Positions 36,421 to 45,657 are shown, numbered from the stretch's first letter. The stretch is DNA of 64,000 nucleotides from Oscillospiraceae bacterium (GCA_017502265.1 JAFVVI010000024.1:1968-65967), one strand, 5' to 3'. Program-made: numbers and translations. The notes: generated by a model not told the origin, from the sequence alone.

Positions 36421-38844
36421 ATGATTTATGAGCATCAGAATGTAGAAGCCAAATGGCAAAAATACTGGGAGGAGAACGATACCTTCCATACCGATGTGTG
36501 GGATTTCTCCAAGCCGAAGTACTATGTGCTGGATATGTTCCCGTACCCCTCCGGTGTGGGCCTGCATGCCGGTCACCCCGAGGGCTACACCGCTACGGAC
36601 ATTATGTCCCGCATGAAGCGTATGCAGGGCTACAATGTACTGCACCCCATGGGCTATGACTCTTTCGGTCTGCCTGCGGAGCAGTACGCCGTGGACACCG
36701 GCAACCACCCCAACGGCTTTACCCAGACCAATATCGAGACCTTCTCCAAGCAGCTGAAGGAACTGGGCTTTGACTATGACTGGTCCAAGGTGATTGCCAC
36801 CTCTGACCCGGATTTCTACAAGTGGACCCAGTGGATCTTCAAGAAGCTGTATGAGAAAGGCTACGCCAAGCGGATCGAAATGCCTGTCAACTGGTGTGAA
36901 GCGCTGGGTACTGTGCTTGCCAACGATGAGGTTATTGACGGCAAGAGTGAGCGCGGCGGCTATCCTGTTGTGAAGAAAATGATGATGCAGTGGGTCATTG
37001 ACCAGCCTGCCTTTGCCGAAAAGCTGCTGGAGGGTCTCAACGAGATCGACTGGCCCGAATCCACCAAGGAGATCCAGCGCAACTGGATCGGCAAGTCCAC
37101 CGGTGTTGAGGTAGACTTCAAGCTGGTAGATGGCGGCGAGTTCTCCATCTATACCACCTGTATTGAAACCATCTACGGCATCACCTTTATGGTATTGGCT
37201 CCCGACGGCAAGATCACCGCAAGCCTTTTGGACCGGGTTGAAAACCGGGCAGAGGTGGAAGCCTATATTGCCGAGGCTGCCAAGAAGAGTGAAATCGACC
37301 GTACCGATGCCAGTAAGACCAAGACTGGCTGCTGCCTAAAGGGCATCTATGCCATCAACCCTGTTAACGGCAAGGAAGTCCCCGTATTTATCGGCGACTT
37401 TGTTTTGGGCAACTATGGCACCGGCGCAGTTATGGCAGTTCCCAGCCACGACCAGCGTGACTTTGAGTATGCCGTTGCCCATAATGTTCCTATGATCCAG
37501 GTTATTGAAGGCCGGGATGTATCCGAACGGGCCTTTGAAAAGCAGGACTACTTAGGCAAGGGCTGCAAGCTCGTTAACTCCGAGGAGTTCACTGGTCTGA
37601 CCGTGGAAGAGGCCAAGGAGGCCATCACCTGCAAGTTGGAGAAGATGGGTGTTGCCAGAAGAAAGGTCAACTACCACTTCCGTGAGTGGATCTTCGCCCG
37701 TCAGCGTTACTGGGGCGAGCCTGTTCCCTGTGTCTACACCGAAGACGGCGAGACTGTCTTCCTGCCCGACGAAGAACTGCCTCTGGTTCTGCCGGAGTTG
37801 GAGGATTACAAGGGCAAGGGCGGCAAAGCACCTTTGGAGAACGCCACCGAATGGAAGCAGTACGACCAGAACGGTATCAAGGGCCTGCGCGAGACCTCTA
37901 CCATGCCCGGTTCTGCCGGTTCTTCCTGGTACTTTATGCGCTATATCGATCCAAAGAACGAGAACGCGTTCTGTGATCCCAAGCTGCTGGAGCACTGGCT
38001 GCCTGTTGACCTGTACATTGGCGGACCTGAACATGCTGTCGGCCACTTGATCTACTCCCGTATCTGGACTCGTTTCCTGTACGATAACGGTCTGTCTCCT
38101 GTTGCAGAGCCTTTTAAGAAGCTGGTCCACCAGGGTATGATCCTGGGCGAAAACGGCATCAAGATGGGCAAGCGCTTCCCGGAATTTGTGGTCAACCCCA
38201 GCGATGTGGTCCGGGAGTACGGCGCTGACACCCTGCGTCTTTACGAGATGTTTATGGGCCCGCTGGAGGTCTCCAAGCCCTGGTCCACCTCCGCTGTGGC
38301 CGGCGCAAGAAAGTTCATCAACCGGGTATTTACCTTCTTTACTGAACCCGATAACCTAACCGACACCGATGACGGCAAGCTGACCAAGGTCTACCACCAA
38401 ACCGTCAAGAAGGTGACCGGCGACTATGAGGCCCTGGGCTTCAACACCGCCATTGCCCAGATGATGGTCTTCGTCAACGAGGTCTACAAGAACGGCACCT
38501 GCCCCAGAGCCTACGCTGATGGCTTCATCAAGATGCTCTCCTGTATCACCCCCCATGTTGGCGAGGAGATCTGGCAGGCTATGGGTCATAATGACACTAT
38601 TGCATATGAATCCTGGCCCACCTACGATGAGGAAAAGTGCAAGGATACCGAGGTGACATTCGCTGTGCAGGTCAACGGTAAGATGCGCGGCACTGTGGTG
38701 ATGGACGCGGATCTGGACAACGATACCGTCCTTGCCAATGTGCTGGCCGATCAGAAGATCGCAAACTTCCTGGAGAAGAATGGCGGCAGCATTGTCAAGA
38801 CCATTGTGGTCAAGAATAAGCTGGTCAACCTGATCGTAAAATAA
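36421..38844 (+). CDS. leuS: Leucine-tRNA ligase
   Basis: LDMFPYPSG.GLHAGH, QRNWIG, GTGAVMAVP.HDQRD, RQRYWG, GAD.LR, VQVNGK. Confidence 0.96.
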   Translation: MIYEHQNVEAKWQKYWEENDTFHTDVWDFSKPKYYVLDMFPYPSGVGLHAGHPEGYTATDIMSRMKRMQGYNVLHPMGYDSFGLPAEQYAVDTGNHPNGFTQTNIETFSKQLKELGFDYDWSKVIATSDPDFYKWTQWIFKKLYEKGYAKRIEMPVNWCEALGTVLANDEVIDGKSERGGYPVVKKMMMQWVIDQPAFAEKLLEGLNEIDWPESTKEIQRNWIGKSTGVEVDFKLVDGGEFSIYTTCIETIYGITFMVLAPDGKITASLLDRVENRAEVEAYIAEAAKKSEIDRTDASKTKTGCCLKGIYAINPVNGKEVPVFIGDFVLGNYGTGAVMAVPSHDQRDFEYAVAHNVPMIQVIEGRDVSERAFEKQDYLGKGCKLVNSEEFTGLTVEEAKEAITCKLEKMGVARRKVNYHFREWIFARQRYWGEPVPCVYTEDGETVFLPDEELPLVLPELEDYKGKGGKAPLENATEWKQYDQNGIKGLRETSTMPGSAGSSWYFMRYIDPKNENAFCDPKLLEHWLPVDLYIGGPEHAVGHLIYSRIWTRFLYDNGLSPVAEPFKKLVHQGMILGENGIKMGKRFPEFVVNPSDVVREYGADTLRLYEMFMGPLEVSKPWSTSAVAGARKFINRVFTFFTEPDNLTDTDDGKLTKVYHQTVKKVTGDYEALGFNTAIAQMMVFVNEVYKNGTCPRAYADGFIKMLSCITPHVGEEIWQAMGHNDTIAYESWPTYDEEKCKDTEVTFAVQVNGKMRGTVVMDADLDNDTVLANVLADQKIANFLEKNGGSIVKTIVVKNKLVNLIVK

Positions 38845-38884
38845 GCAGACCTATTAAAAATGTGTCAAAAAGCTGAAAACCTTC

Positions 38885-38980
38885 TTGACAAAAGTAAAAA
38901 TTCAGCATATAATAGTCGAGCCGATATGGCCCTGAAAGTGTCCAGGATAGAGCCGGACACCATCGGAGGGAGGGAAAACA
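38885..38980 (+). promoter_or_regulatory. sigmaA promoter and structured 5' leader of rpsU
   Basis: TTGACA-17-TATAAT at 38885-38913; GC-rich self-complementary leader 38921-38966. Confidence 0.7.
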
Positions 38981-39163
38981 ATGTCTGAAATTCGCGTTAA
39001 GGAGAACGAATCTCTGGAGAGCGCTCTGCGTCGTTTCAAGCGCAGCTGTGCCAAGGAGGGCGTTATCGCCGAAGTGAAGAAGCGTGAGCATTACGTCAGC
39101 CCCAGCCTGAAGCGTAAGCAGAAGTCCGAAGCTGCCCGTAAGAATAAGAGAAAGTTCTATTAA
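38981..39163 (+). CDS. rpsU: 30S ribosomal protein S21
   Basis: [33 protein letters not shown]. Confidence 0.97.
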   Translation: MSEIRVKENESLESALRRFKRSCAKEGVIAEVKKREHYVSPSLKRKQKSEAARKNKRKFY

Positions 39164-39189
39164 TTTCTCCCTCTTGCTATTTGCAACAT

Positions 39190-39223
39190 AACCCCGCAGA
39201 CATCCGTCTGCGGGGTTTTATTT
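39190..39223. terminator. Bidirectional terminator
   Basis: AACCCCGCAGA..TCTGCGGGGTT. Confidence 0.8.
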
Positions 39224-39915
39224 TATAATTGTGACAGCTCTTGATACAGTCCCACCGCACCCAAAATACCTAATTGCCTTGCATCCTGCGCCAATGCTGC
39301 CAGATCCTCCCCGGTGCGGCACAGGGTAAAAACCGCCCGGTCGGGGAATACTTCCACCTTGTAATGACTGCGCAGCCTCTCGTCATATAATGGTAATTCT
39401 CCCTCAAAGGGAATCGGCAGGGAAGCGCAGCCTTGTTCCGTGACGGTAAAGCAGGTGGTCATGGGCGCGATTTCCAAGTATACCCCCTGCTGCAGCCAGG
39501 GTTCTATGTAATCATTTAATATCGCATTGACAGGCGTTGGGGATAAAAACACGGGACACCGCAACACTTTTGCATATGCCTCTGTAACGGCCACAGAGCT
39601 GGGGAGCGCGTTTACCAAATGCCGGGCCATATCCATAGTTTCTTGCTGCATTTGACCTTGAAAATCCAGCAGCACAGCGGCAATATCCAACCGATCTATG
39701 GTCTGCCTTAATTCGGTTTCCACCACCTGTGGATCATGTCCGTTGGGGGACATGCTGTCATCCAGCAGTAAAATACTGCCGGCGGGCAGCGCTTGCGGCA
39801 AATTGGAAAGACCCTTTCCATAGGGTGAAAAACGACAGGCCATATATGCAGTTTTTGCAGCAGGGGATCGCGTTGTTTCCTCGCGGGTCTGGGCAAGAAA
39901 CACATCGGAAAACAT
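39223..39915 (-). CDS. Hypothetical protein, possibly degenerate GH18 (YaaH/YdhD-like) spore protein
   Basis: SD AGGAGG; AVLLDFQ and LYDERLRSHY..ARQLGILGAVGLY resemble GH18 strand 4 and C-terminal segments; sigmaE-type promoter. Confidence 0.55.
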   Translation of the reverse strand: MFSDVFLAQTREETTRSPAAKTAYMACRFSPYGKGLSNLPQALPAGSILLLDDSMSPNGHDPQVVETELRQTIDRLDIAAVLLDFQGQMQQETMDMARHLVNALPSSVAVTEAYAKVLRCPVFLSPTPVNAILNDYIEPWLQQGVYLEIAPMTTCFTVTEQGCASLPIPFEGELPLYDERLRSHYKVEVFPDRAVFTLCRTGEDLAALAQDARQLGILGAVGLYQELSQL

Positions 39916-39951
39916 AGACAAATCCCTCCTAATGTGGTATAATACTTTTGT

Positions 39952-39980
39952 ATTTTATGAAAGTGGGTTTTTGAATATGC
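39952..39980 (-). promoter_or_regulatory. Putative sigmaE promoter
   Basis: GCATATT-14 nt-CATAAAAT. Confidence 0.7.
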
Positions 39981-40477
39981 ATTTTCCGCTGTTTCCCACC
40001 TATAAAACCCCGGCGGTTACTGACCTGACACCCCAAATGCTCCAGGAAAAGGGGATCGCCCTTCTGATGCTGGATTTTGATAATACCATCGTCCCTTACA
40101 CAACCAACGATCCCACCGAGGAAATGGCCCGGTGGCTCCGGGAACTGACCGTATCGGATATTGCTGTGTGCGTGGTGTCCAACAGTAAACGGAATCGGGT
40201 CAAGGTGTTCTGCAAGGCCTATGGCCTGGATTGTATTACCCACGCAAAAAAGCCCTTCTCCAAGGGTATCGGGGAATGTTTGGCCAAATACGACCTGCCT
40301 GCGGACCAATGCGCCCTGGCCGGCGACCAGATATATACAGATGTGCTGGGCGCCAATTGCTGCGGCGTGAGATCAATTTTGGTGAAAGCAATACATAATC
40401 ATAATTTTTGGCTGAAGGCCCGGCATGTTCTGGAGCTGCCATGGATCTTCTTTGCCGGAAAAAGGAGTTTTGAATGA
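39977..40477 (+). CDS. yqeG: YqeG-family HAD IIIA phosphatase
   Basis: LDFDNT, VVSN, AKKP, GDQIYTDVLGAN; promoter TAGACA-17-TATAAT at 39915-39943 argues against the ATG at 39932. Confidence 0.92.
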   Translation: MHFPLFPTYKTPAVTDLTPQMLQEKGIALLMLDFDNTIVPYTTNDPTEEMARWLRELTVSDIAVCVVSNSKRNRVKVFCKAYGLDCITHAKKPFSKGIGECLAKYDLPADQCALAGDQIYTDVLGANCCGVRSILVKAIHNHNFWLKARHVLELPWIFFAGKRSFE

Positions 40478-41544
40478 TGAAAAATCTGGATAAGTATTTG
40501 TCCCTGCTGGATGACCAGGTCAATGGCCTGTTGCTGACCAGCCGCTACAGCCGCCATTACGGCGCAGAGTTTGATATTGCCGAGGGCGTTGCCGTCGTCA
40601 GCAAAAAAGGCTGCCGCTACTTTACCGACAGCCGGTATATCGAAGCCGCTCAGAACGGCATTAAAGGCTTTGATGTGATCATGGTGGACAGAGAGCACCC
40701 CTATACCAAGCTGATCAATGAAGCCATCGCAGATTTTGGCATCACCGCTCTTGGCTACGAGGAGCACTATCTCACTGTTGAAGAAATGGAGACCTATGAA
40801 TCCAAGCTGAATGTAAAGGGGTTCGTTGCTATGCATGCCCAAATCAGCGGTTTCCGGGCGGTGAAAGAGGATTGGGAACTGGCCCTTATGGAAAAGGCCC
40901 AGGCCATTACCGACAAGGCTTTCAGCGAGGTCTGCACCCGCATCAAAGCCGGTATGACCGAAAAGGAATTGCAGGCGGAGCTGATCTACTGCCTGTATAA
41001 AAACGGCGGCGAGGGCCTGTCCTTTGACCCTATCGTGGTGTCCGGCCCCAATACCAGCCTGCCCCACGGCGTGGCTACCGACCGGGTGATCCGGGAGGGC
41101 GATTTTGTCACCATGGACTTCGGCGTCCTGTATAAGGGCTATTGCTCCGATATGACCCGCACTGTGGCGGTGGGGTATGTGACCGAGGAGATGGAAAAGG
41201 TCTACAATACCGTTTTGCAGGCTCAGCTTGCCGGCATCGCTGTTACTCGCGCCGGTGTTAAGGGCAAGGATGTGGATGCAGCGGCCCGTAAGGTGATTAC
41301 CGATGCCGGTTATGGCCAGTATTTCGGCCACGGCTACGGCCATAGCCTTGGCCTGGAGGTCCACGAAGCCCCCAACTGCAATCCCAGTGGCGAGACAGAG
41401 ATGCCTGTAGGTGTGGTATCTTCCGCTGAACCGGGCATCTATCTTCCCGGCAAATTCGGCGTGCGGATCGAAGATGTGGTGGTTTTTACCGCCGATGGTT
41501 GCCGAAATATTACCGCAAGTCCGAAAAAACTGATAATTGTGTAG
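40474..41544 (+). CDS. Xaa-Pro aminopeptidase (M24)
   Basis: TDSRY, DFG..Y.SD.TRT, GHGYGH.LGLEVHE, EPGIY, GVRIED. Confidence 0.93.
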   Translation: MMKNLDKYLSLLDDQVNGLLLTSRYSRHYGAEFDIAEGVAVVSKKGCRYFTDSRYIEAAQNGIKGFDVIMVDREHPYTKLINEAIADFGITALGYEEHYLTVEEMETYESKLNVKGFVAMHAQISGFRAVKEDWELALMEKAQAITDKAFSEVCTRIKAGMTEKELQAELIYCLYKNGGEGLSFDPIVVSGPNTSLPHGVATDRVIREGDFVTMDFGVLYKGYCSDMTRTVAVGYVTEEMEKVYNTVLQAQLAGIAVTRAGVKGKDVDAAARKVITDAGYGQYFGHGYGHSLGLEVHEAPNCNPSGETEMPVGVVSSAEPGIYLPGKFGVRIEDVVVFTADGCRNITASPKKLIIV

Positions 41545-41652
41545 AAAAAATTCCCTTTTCCCCTTGCAAAATAGGGAATTTTCGGTTAGAATATATCAGC
41601 TAACATATTTATAAAATCGCCCAATAGGGCATACACTTAGGAGGATATAAAA

Positions 41653-42216
41653 ATGATTTCTGCAGGTGACATTAGAAACGGCGTAACCTTCGAACTGGAC
41701 GGTAAGGTTATGCAGGTTATCGAATTCCAGCACGTCAAGCCCGGTAAGGGTGCAGCTTTTGTTCGCGTCAAGATGAGAAACGTCATCACCGGCGGCGTGA
41801 CCGAAACCAGCTTGAACCCCTCTGCCAAGTTCCCCACCGCTTTCATTGAGAGAAAGAAGATGGAGTACTCCTACAACGACGGCGATCTGTACTACTTCAT
41901 GGACAATGAGACCTACGAACTGGTTCCCATCAACAAGGACGCTCTGGATGATTCCTTTGCTTTTGTCAAGGAGCAGGATGTCTGCACCATTATGAGCTAC
42001 AAGGGCAATGTTTTCGGTGTGGAAGTTCCCAACTTTGCTGACTTGGTAGTTACTTCTACCGAGCCTGGTTTTGCCGGCAACACCGCTACCAACACTCTGA
42101 AGCCCGCAACTCTGGAGACCGGCGCTGAGGTGAAGGTGCCCCTGTTCATCAACGAGGGCGACAAGATCCAGATTGACACCCGTACCGGCGAGTACCTGGG
42201 CCGCTCCAAGGCTTAA
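41653..42216 (+). CDS. efp: Elongation factor P
   Basis: [27 protein letters not shown]; promoter TTGCAA-17-TAGAAT at 41564-41592. Confidence 0.97.
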   Translation: MISAGDIRNGVTFELDGKVMQVIEFQHVKPGKGAAFVRVKMRNVITGGVTETSLNPSAKFPTAFIERKKMEYSYNDGDLYYFMDNETYELVPINKDALDDSFAFVKEQDVCTIMSYKGNVFGVEVPNFADLVVTSTEPGFAGNTATNTLKPATLETGAEVKVPLFINEGDKIQIDTRTGEYLGRSKA

Positions 42217-42247
42217 TTTTTCACAATCCTATTAAAGGAGAATCGTT

Positions 42248-42712
42248 ATGAATATTACTGAGAAGTCCGCTTACCTGAAGGGTTTGATGGACGGTCTGAA
42301 TCTGGATACAGAGAAGGCCGAGGGCAAGCTGATTGCCTCCATCGTGGACCTGCTGGGCGATGTGACCCGGAAGCTGACCGATGTGGAATCCACCACCATC
42401 GCCATCTCCGACGAGCTGGATGAGATCGAAGAAGATCTGGACGCCATCGAGGATTACATTCTCGACGACGAGGACGAGGACTACGACGATTACGACGAAG
42501 ACGACTTCGACGATTATGACGACGAAGACGACTTTGAGGACGAAGGCTTCGACTACGGCGACGAGGATACCACCATCTACGAGGTGAAGTGTGTCTGCGG
42601 CAATGTGATCGCTTTCGATGAGGACACCCTGGAAGAGGGCAGCATCATCTGTGATAACTGCGGCGAGACTCTGGAATTCACCTTCGATGATGAGGACGAA
42701 GACGAGGAATAA
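42248..42712 (+). CDS. CD1247 N-terminal-domain protein with acidic tract and Zn ribbon
   Basis: AYLKGLMDGL, long D/E run, CVC..CDNCG; follows efp. Confidence 0.8.
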   Translation: MNITEKSAYLKGLMDGLNLDTEKAEGKLIASIVDLLGDVTRKLTDVESTTIAISDELDEIEEDLDAIEDYILDDEDEDYDDYDEDDFDDYDDEDDFEDEGFDYGDEDTTIYEVKCVCGNVIAFDEDTLEEGSIICDNCGETLEFTFDDEDEDEE

Positions 42713-42724
42713 TTCCTAACAATT

Positions 42725-42754
42725 AAAGCCCACTGCTTCGGCAGTGGGCTTTTT
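42725..42754. terminator. Bidirectional terminator
   Basis: AAAGCCCACTGC-TTCG-GCAGTGGGCTTT. Confidence 0.88.
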
Positions 42755-43262
42755 ACATTAGTAAGCGCACCGTCATAGATGCCATAAAGAACCCTACAAA
42801 ATCGGCAAACAATGCCGCCGGCAGGGTGTACCGGGTCTTTTTGATACCGGCCCCGCCAAAATAAACACTGATTGTATAAAAGGTGGTCTCCGTTGACCCC
42901 AGCATCACCGCAGCGGTCCGCCCCACCAGAGAATCTACCCCGTGTTCTGCCATCAGCTCCGCGCCCACCGCCAATGCAGCGCTGCCGCTGATAGGGCGGA
43001 TCAGTACCAGCATCGCCGTTTCCGGGGGGATTCCCACAAACCGGAATGCCGGCGCTAAAAATGCGCTGATGGCCTCCATTGCCCCGGAGGCCCGCAGCAT
43101 GGTCACCGCTGTCAATAAAAGCACCAATGTGGGCACAAGGGTAATGAGCAGTTTTAAGCCATCCGCCGCCCCGTCCAGAAGCAGATCGTAACTGTTTTCC
43201 TGTTTGCGAAGGGCAAAAAGGGATGCTGCCAAAAGCAAAACAGGCACAATGTAATCGGTCAT
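42753..43262 (-). CDS. spmB: Spore maturation protein B
   Basis: LRASGA, RPISGS, GSTETTFY..YFG..IKKTRY. Confidence 0.93.
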   Translation of the reverse strand: MTDYIVPVLLLAASLFALRKQENSYDLLLDGAADGLKLLITLVPTLVLLLTAVTMLRASGAMEAISAFLAPAFRFVGIPPETAMLVLIRPISGSAALAVGAELMAEHGVDSLVGRTAAVMLGSTETTFYTISVYFGGAGIKKTRYTLPAALFADFVGFFMASMTVRLLM

Positions 43263-43837
43263 TTTCGCCACACCTTTCCCAGTAACCACGCGGCGGTGAC
43301 ACCCAAACCTGCCGAGCAAAGGCTGGTGATCCATACCGCTGGCAGAATGTCAAAAGGGGAGGCGCAGCCCAATCCGGCCCGTACGGCGGCCACATTGGCT
43401 GGGATCAGCTGAATGGATGCGGTGTTTAACACGATAAGTTTGCATAATTCGTCGCTTGCCCTGCCGTTTTGCCCCTGCGCCAGCCGTTGCGCGGCCTGAA
43501 TTCCCATTGGCGTGGCGGCATTCCCCAAACCTAAAAAGTTGGCGCACACATTGGCGCTGAGATAGTTTTCCAGCTTCTTATCTGTCTTGACGGAGGGGAA
43601 GATCCGACCCAATACAGGCCGCAGCAGCTTGGATAACTTGCCTGTGATACCGGCGTGCTCCAAAAGCTTGCCCACCCCTGTCCACAGGCAAATGGACCCG
43701 GCAATGGACAGAGCCAGGGTGATTCCTGCCTGGGCCCCTTTTGGCACGGCGGCAGACAGGGCAGAACCGTTACCCAGCGCTGCTGCCGCGATCAAAGATA
43801 TGGCCACCATACCCGTCCAAAGAATGCTCATAACCAT
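43259..43837 (-). CDS. spmA: Spore maturation protein A
   Basis: ANFLGLGNAATPMG, LNTASIQLIP. Confidence 0.94.
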   Translation of the reverse strand: MVMSILWTGMVAISLIAAAALGNGSALSAAVPKGAQAGITLALSIAGSICLWTGVGKLLEHAGITGKLSKLLRPVLGRIFPSVKTDKKLENYLSANVCANFLGLGNAATPMGIQAAQRLAQGQNGRASDELCKLIVLNTASIQLIPANVAAVRAGLGCASPFDILPAVWITSLCSAGLGVTAAWLLGKVWRK

Positions 43838-43843
43838 AAAAAT

Positions 43844-43885
43844 CCCTCCCGGATCAAGCCTATGCGGCATCCGGGAGGGTTATTT
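43844..43885 (-). promoter_or_regulatory. Putative sigmaE promoter of spmAB embedded in a hairpin
   Basis: AAATAAC-14-CATAGGCT; inverted repeat CCCTCCCGGAT/ATCCGGGAGGG containing the spmA SD. Confidence 0.6.
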
Positions 43886-44715
43886 CAGATTTCCAATGCG
43901 GCATCGTAAACCACATTTTTGGGAAGATTCAGCTCCTGGGCGGCCTGCTTAATCGCATCTTTACGGCTCATACCGCCCTCCATCAAGGCGGCAACCCGTT
44001 TTGCGGCATCTTCCGGGGTGGCAGCTTCCTGCACCTTGGGCTCTGCGCCGGCCAATACCAACACAAATTCTCCCTTAGGCGGCTGTTGGGTGTACAAATC
44101 CACCGCGCCGCCCAGCGTGGTGCGAATGACCTCTTCGTGGAGCTTGGTCAGCTCCCGGCACAGACTAATGGGCCGGTCCGGGCCGAAGGCGGCAGCCATA
44201 TCCTCTAAAGTGGTCAGCAGCTTGTGAGGCGCTTCGTAGAAGATCATGGTCCGCTGCTCATTCAGAAGAGATTCCAAATGCTCCCGGCGGCTCTTTTTTG
44301 CCGTGGACAGAAAACCCTCAAAGGTAAATCTGCCGGTGGCTTGACCGGAGATGCTCAATGCAGTAATAGCGGCGCAGGGACCGGGAATGGCGCAGACGGT
44401 GATACCCGCTTCCGCGCATTGCTTCACCAGATCCTCGCCGGGATCGGAGATGGCAGGGCTGCCGGCGTCGGATACCAGCGCGCAGGTCTCACCGGCCAGA
44501 ATCCTGTCCACAATCACATTGCCTTTAAATGCCTTGTTGTGCTCATAGTAGCTCACGAGGCTTTTTTTAATACCCAAATGGTTCAACAGCTTCAGACTCA
44601 CCCGGGTATCTTCTGCAGCAATAAAATCTGCTTGCTCCAAGGTTTCCCGGCAGCGGACGGAGATGTCCGACAGATTGCCGATAGGGGTGGGGACCAGATA
44701 TAACATTCCGGGCAT
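43885..44715 (-). CDS. rsmI: 16S rRNA C1402 2'-O-methyltransferase
   Basis: LYLVPTPIGNL, AEDTR, SDAG.P.ISDPG, YEAPH, RELTKLHEE, KGE. Confidence 0.96.
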   Translation of the reverse strand: MPGMLYLVPTPIGNLSDISVRCRETLEQADFIAAEDTRVSLKLLNHLGIKKSLVSYYEHNKAFKGNVIVDRILAGETCALVSDAGSPAISDPGEDLVKQCAEAGITVCAIPGPCAAITALSISGQATGRFTFEGFLSTAKKSRREHLESLLNEQRTMIFYEAPHKLLTTLEDMAAAFGPDRPISLCRELTKLHEEVIRTTLGGAVDLYTQQPPKGEFVLVLAGAEPKVQEAATPEDAAKRVAALMEGGMSRKDAIKQAAQELNLPKNVVYDAALEI

Positions 44716-44726
44716 AATGCAACCTC

Positions 44727-45413
44727 CTAAATATGGTAAAGTCTGCGATAATATTCCGTGGGTGCGCCTTGCGCATCCTGCAGACATTCTTCCTCAATAA
44801 TAAGACCGGGCTTTGCGCCCTTGCGGCATTGCAGCAACACAAGGCTAATGGGGTCGCCGGGACGGTGACGCAATAGTAGTAACCGCTTAGGTTCTAATTT
44901 GTGCTTAGTGGCGCAGACGCAAAGCTCCGAAAGTCTGTCCGGTTTGTGGACCAAATAAAAGTCGCCGCCGTATCGCACCGCCCATGCCGCAGCGGCAAAC
45001 AGATCCTCCAAAGCGCATAATGTTTCGTGTCGCGCCGAGGAATTGGCGCTTTCCTGCCGGGCAGAAAAATAGGGGGGATTGGAAACGCAGCAATGAAAGC
45101 TGCCGGGGGATAAAAAAGAGGGGACAGCGCGGATGTCCGCGCATATACTGGTAAGACGGTCGGCAAGCTTGTTGGCGGCAATATTTTCCAGAGCCGTTTG
45201 ATGGGTCTTTTCGTCGATCTCTACACCGGTCACGGCGCAATTGGCATCACCGGCGCACAGCAAAAGGCCCAGAGTTCCGCAGCCTGCGCCCAAATCCAGA
45301 ACCTTAGCCTGCTTGGGTAGGCGCACAAAGCCACTGAGCGCTATGGAATCGGTGCTTAAAGGGAACGCGCCCTCACACAGCTGCAAGGTGAATCCATTGT
45401 GCAGTTGTTCCAT
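44727..45413 (-). CDS. tRNA1(Val) A37 N6-methyltransferase-like (YabB family)
   Basis: STDS..L, LDLGAGCG, NPPYF, ARHE; upstream of rsmI. Confidence 0.88.
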   Translation of the reverse strand: MEQLHNGFTLQLCEGAFPLSTDSIALSGFVRLPKQAKVLDLGAGCGTLGLLLCAGDANCAVTGVEIDEKTHQTALENIAANKLADRLTSICADIRAVPSFLSPGSFHCCVSNPPYFSARQESANSSARHETLCALEDLFAAAAWAVRYGGDFYLVHKPDRLSELCVCATKHKLEPKRLLLLRHRPGDPISLVLLQCRKGAKPGLIIEEECLQDAQGAPTEYYRRLYHI

Positions 45414-45434
45414 CTGTCCGTCACCTCCTATAAG

Positions 45435-45470
45435 AAAAAATCAGCCTGCGTGCACAGACACGCAGGCTGA
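45435..45470 (-). terminator. Terminator of ferredoxin gene
   Basis: TCAGCCTGCGTG..CACGCAGGCTGA plus T-run on minus strand. Confidence 0.8.
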
Positions 45471-45486
45471 CAGCAAAATCGGAGAA

Positions 45487-45657
45487 TCAGCCTTCTACGA
45501 TTGCTTCGGTGGGGCAATTGTCGGCGCAGGTGCCGCAATCAACACAAACGTCAGCGTCGATGACGTAAGCTTCGTCGCCCTCAGAGATAGCCTCTACGGG
45601 GCAGTTATCGGCGCAGGCGCCACACTTAACGCAAGCATCAGTGATTTTGTAAGCCAT
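45487..45657 (-). CDS. 2[4Fe-4S] clostridial-type ferredoxin (56 aa)
   Basis: Below ORF-track cutoff; MAYKITDACVKCGACADNCPVEAISEGDEAYVIDADVCVDCGTCADNCPTEAIVEG, two CxxCxxCxxxCP motifs; SD GGAGG. Confidence 0.96.
   Translation of the reverse strand: MAYKITDACVKCGACADNCPVEAISEGDEAYVIDADVCVDCGTCADNCPTEAIVEG

Noticed and set aside
39932-39976. ORF-track upstream starts (yqeG 39932, trpB 3153, padR 1482, gntR 10822, E2-like 29240)
   Set aside because: These extensions run through promoters or riboswitch sequence; downstream starts fit SD or promoter position better.
42460-42570. GACGA-rich microsatellite
   Set aside because: Codes for the Asp/Glu tract of the protein.
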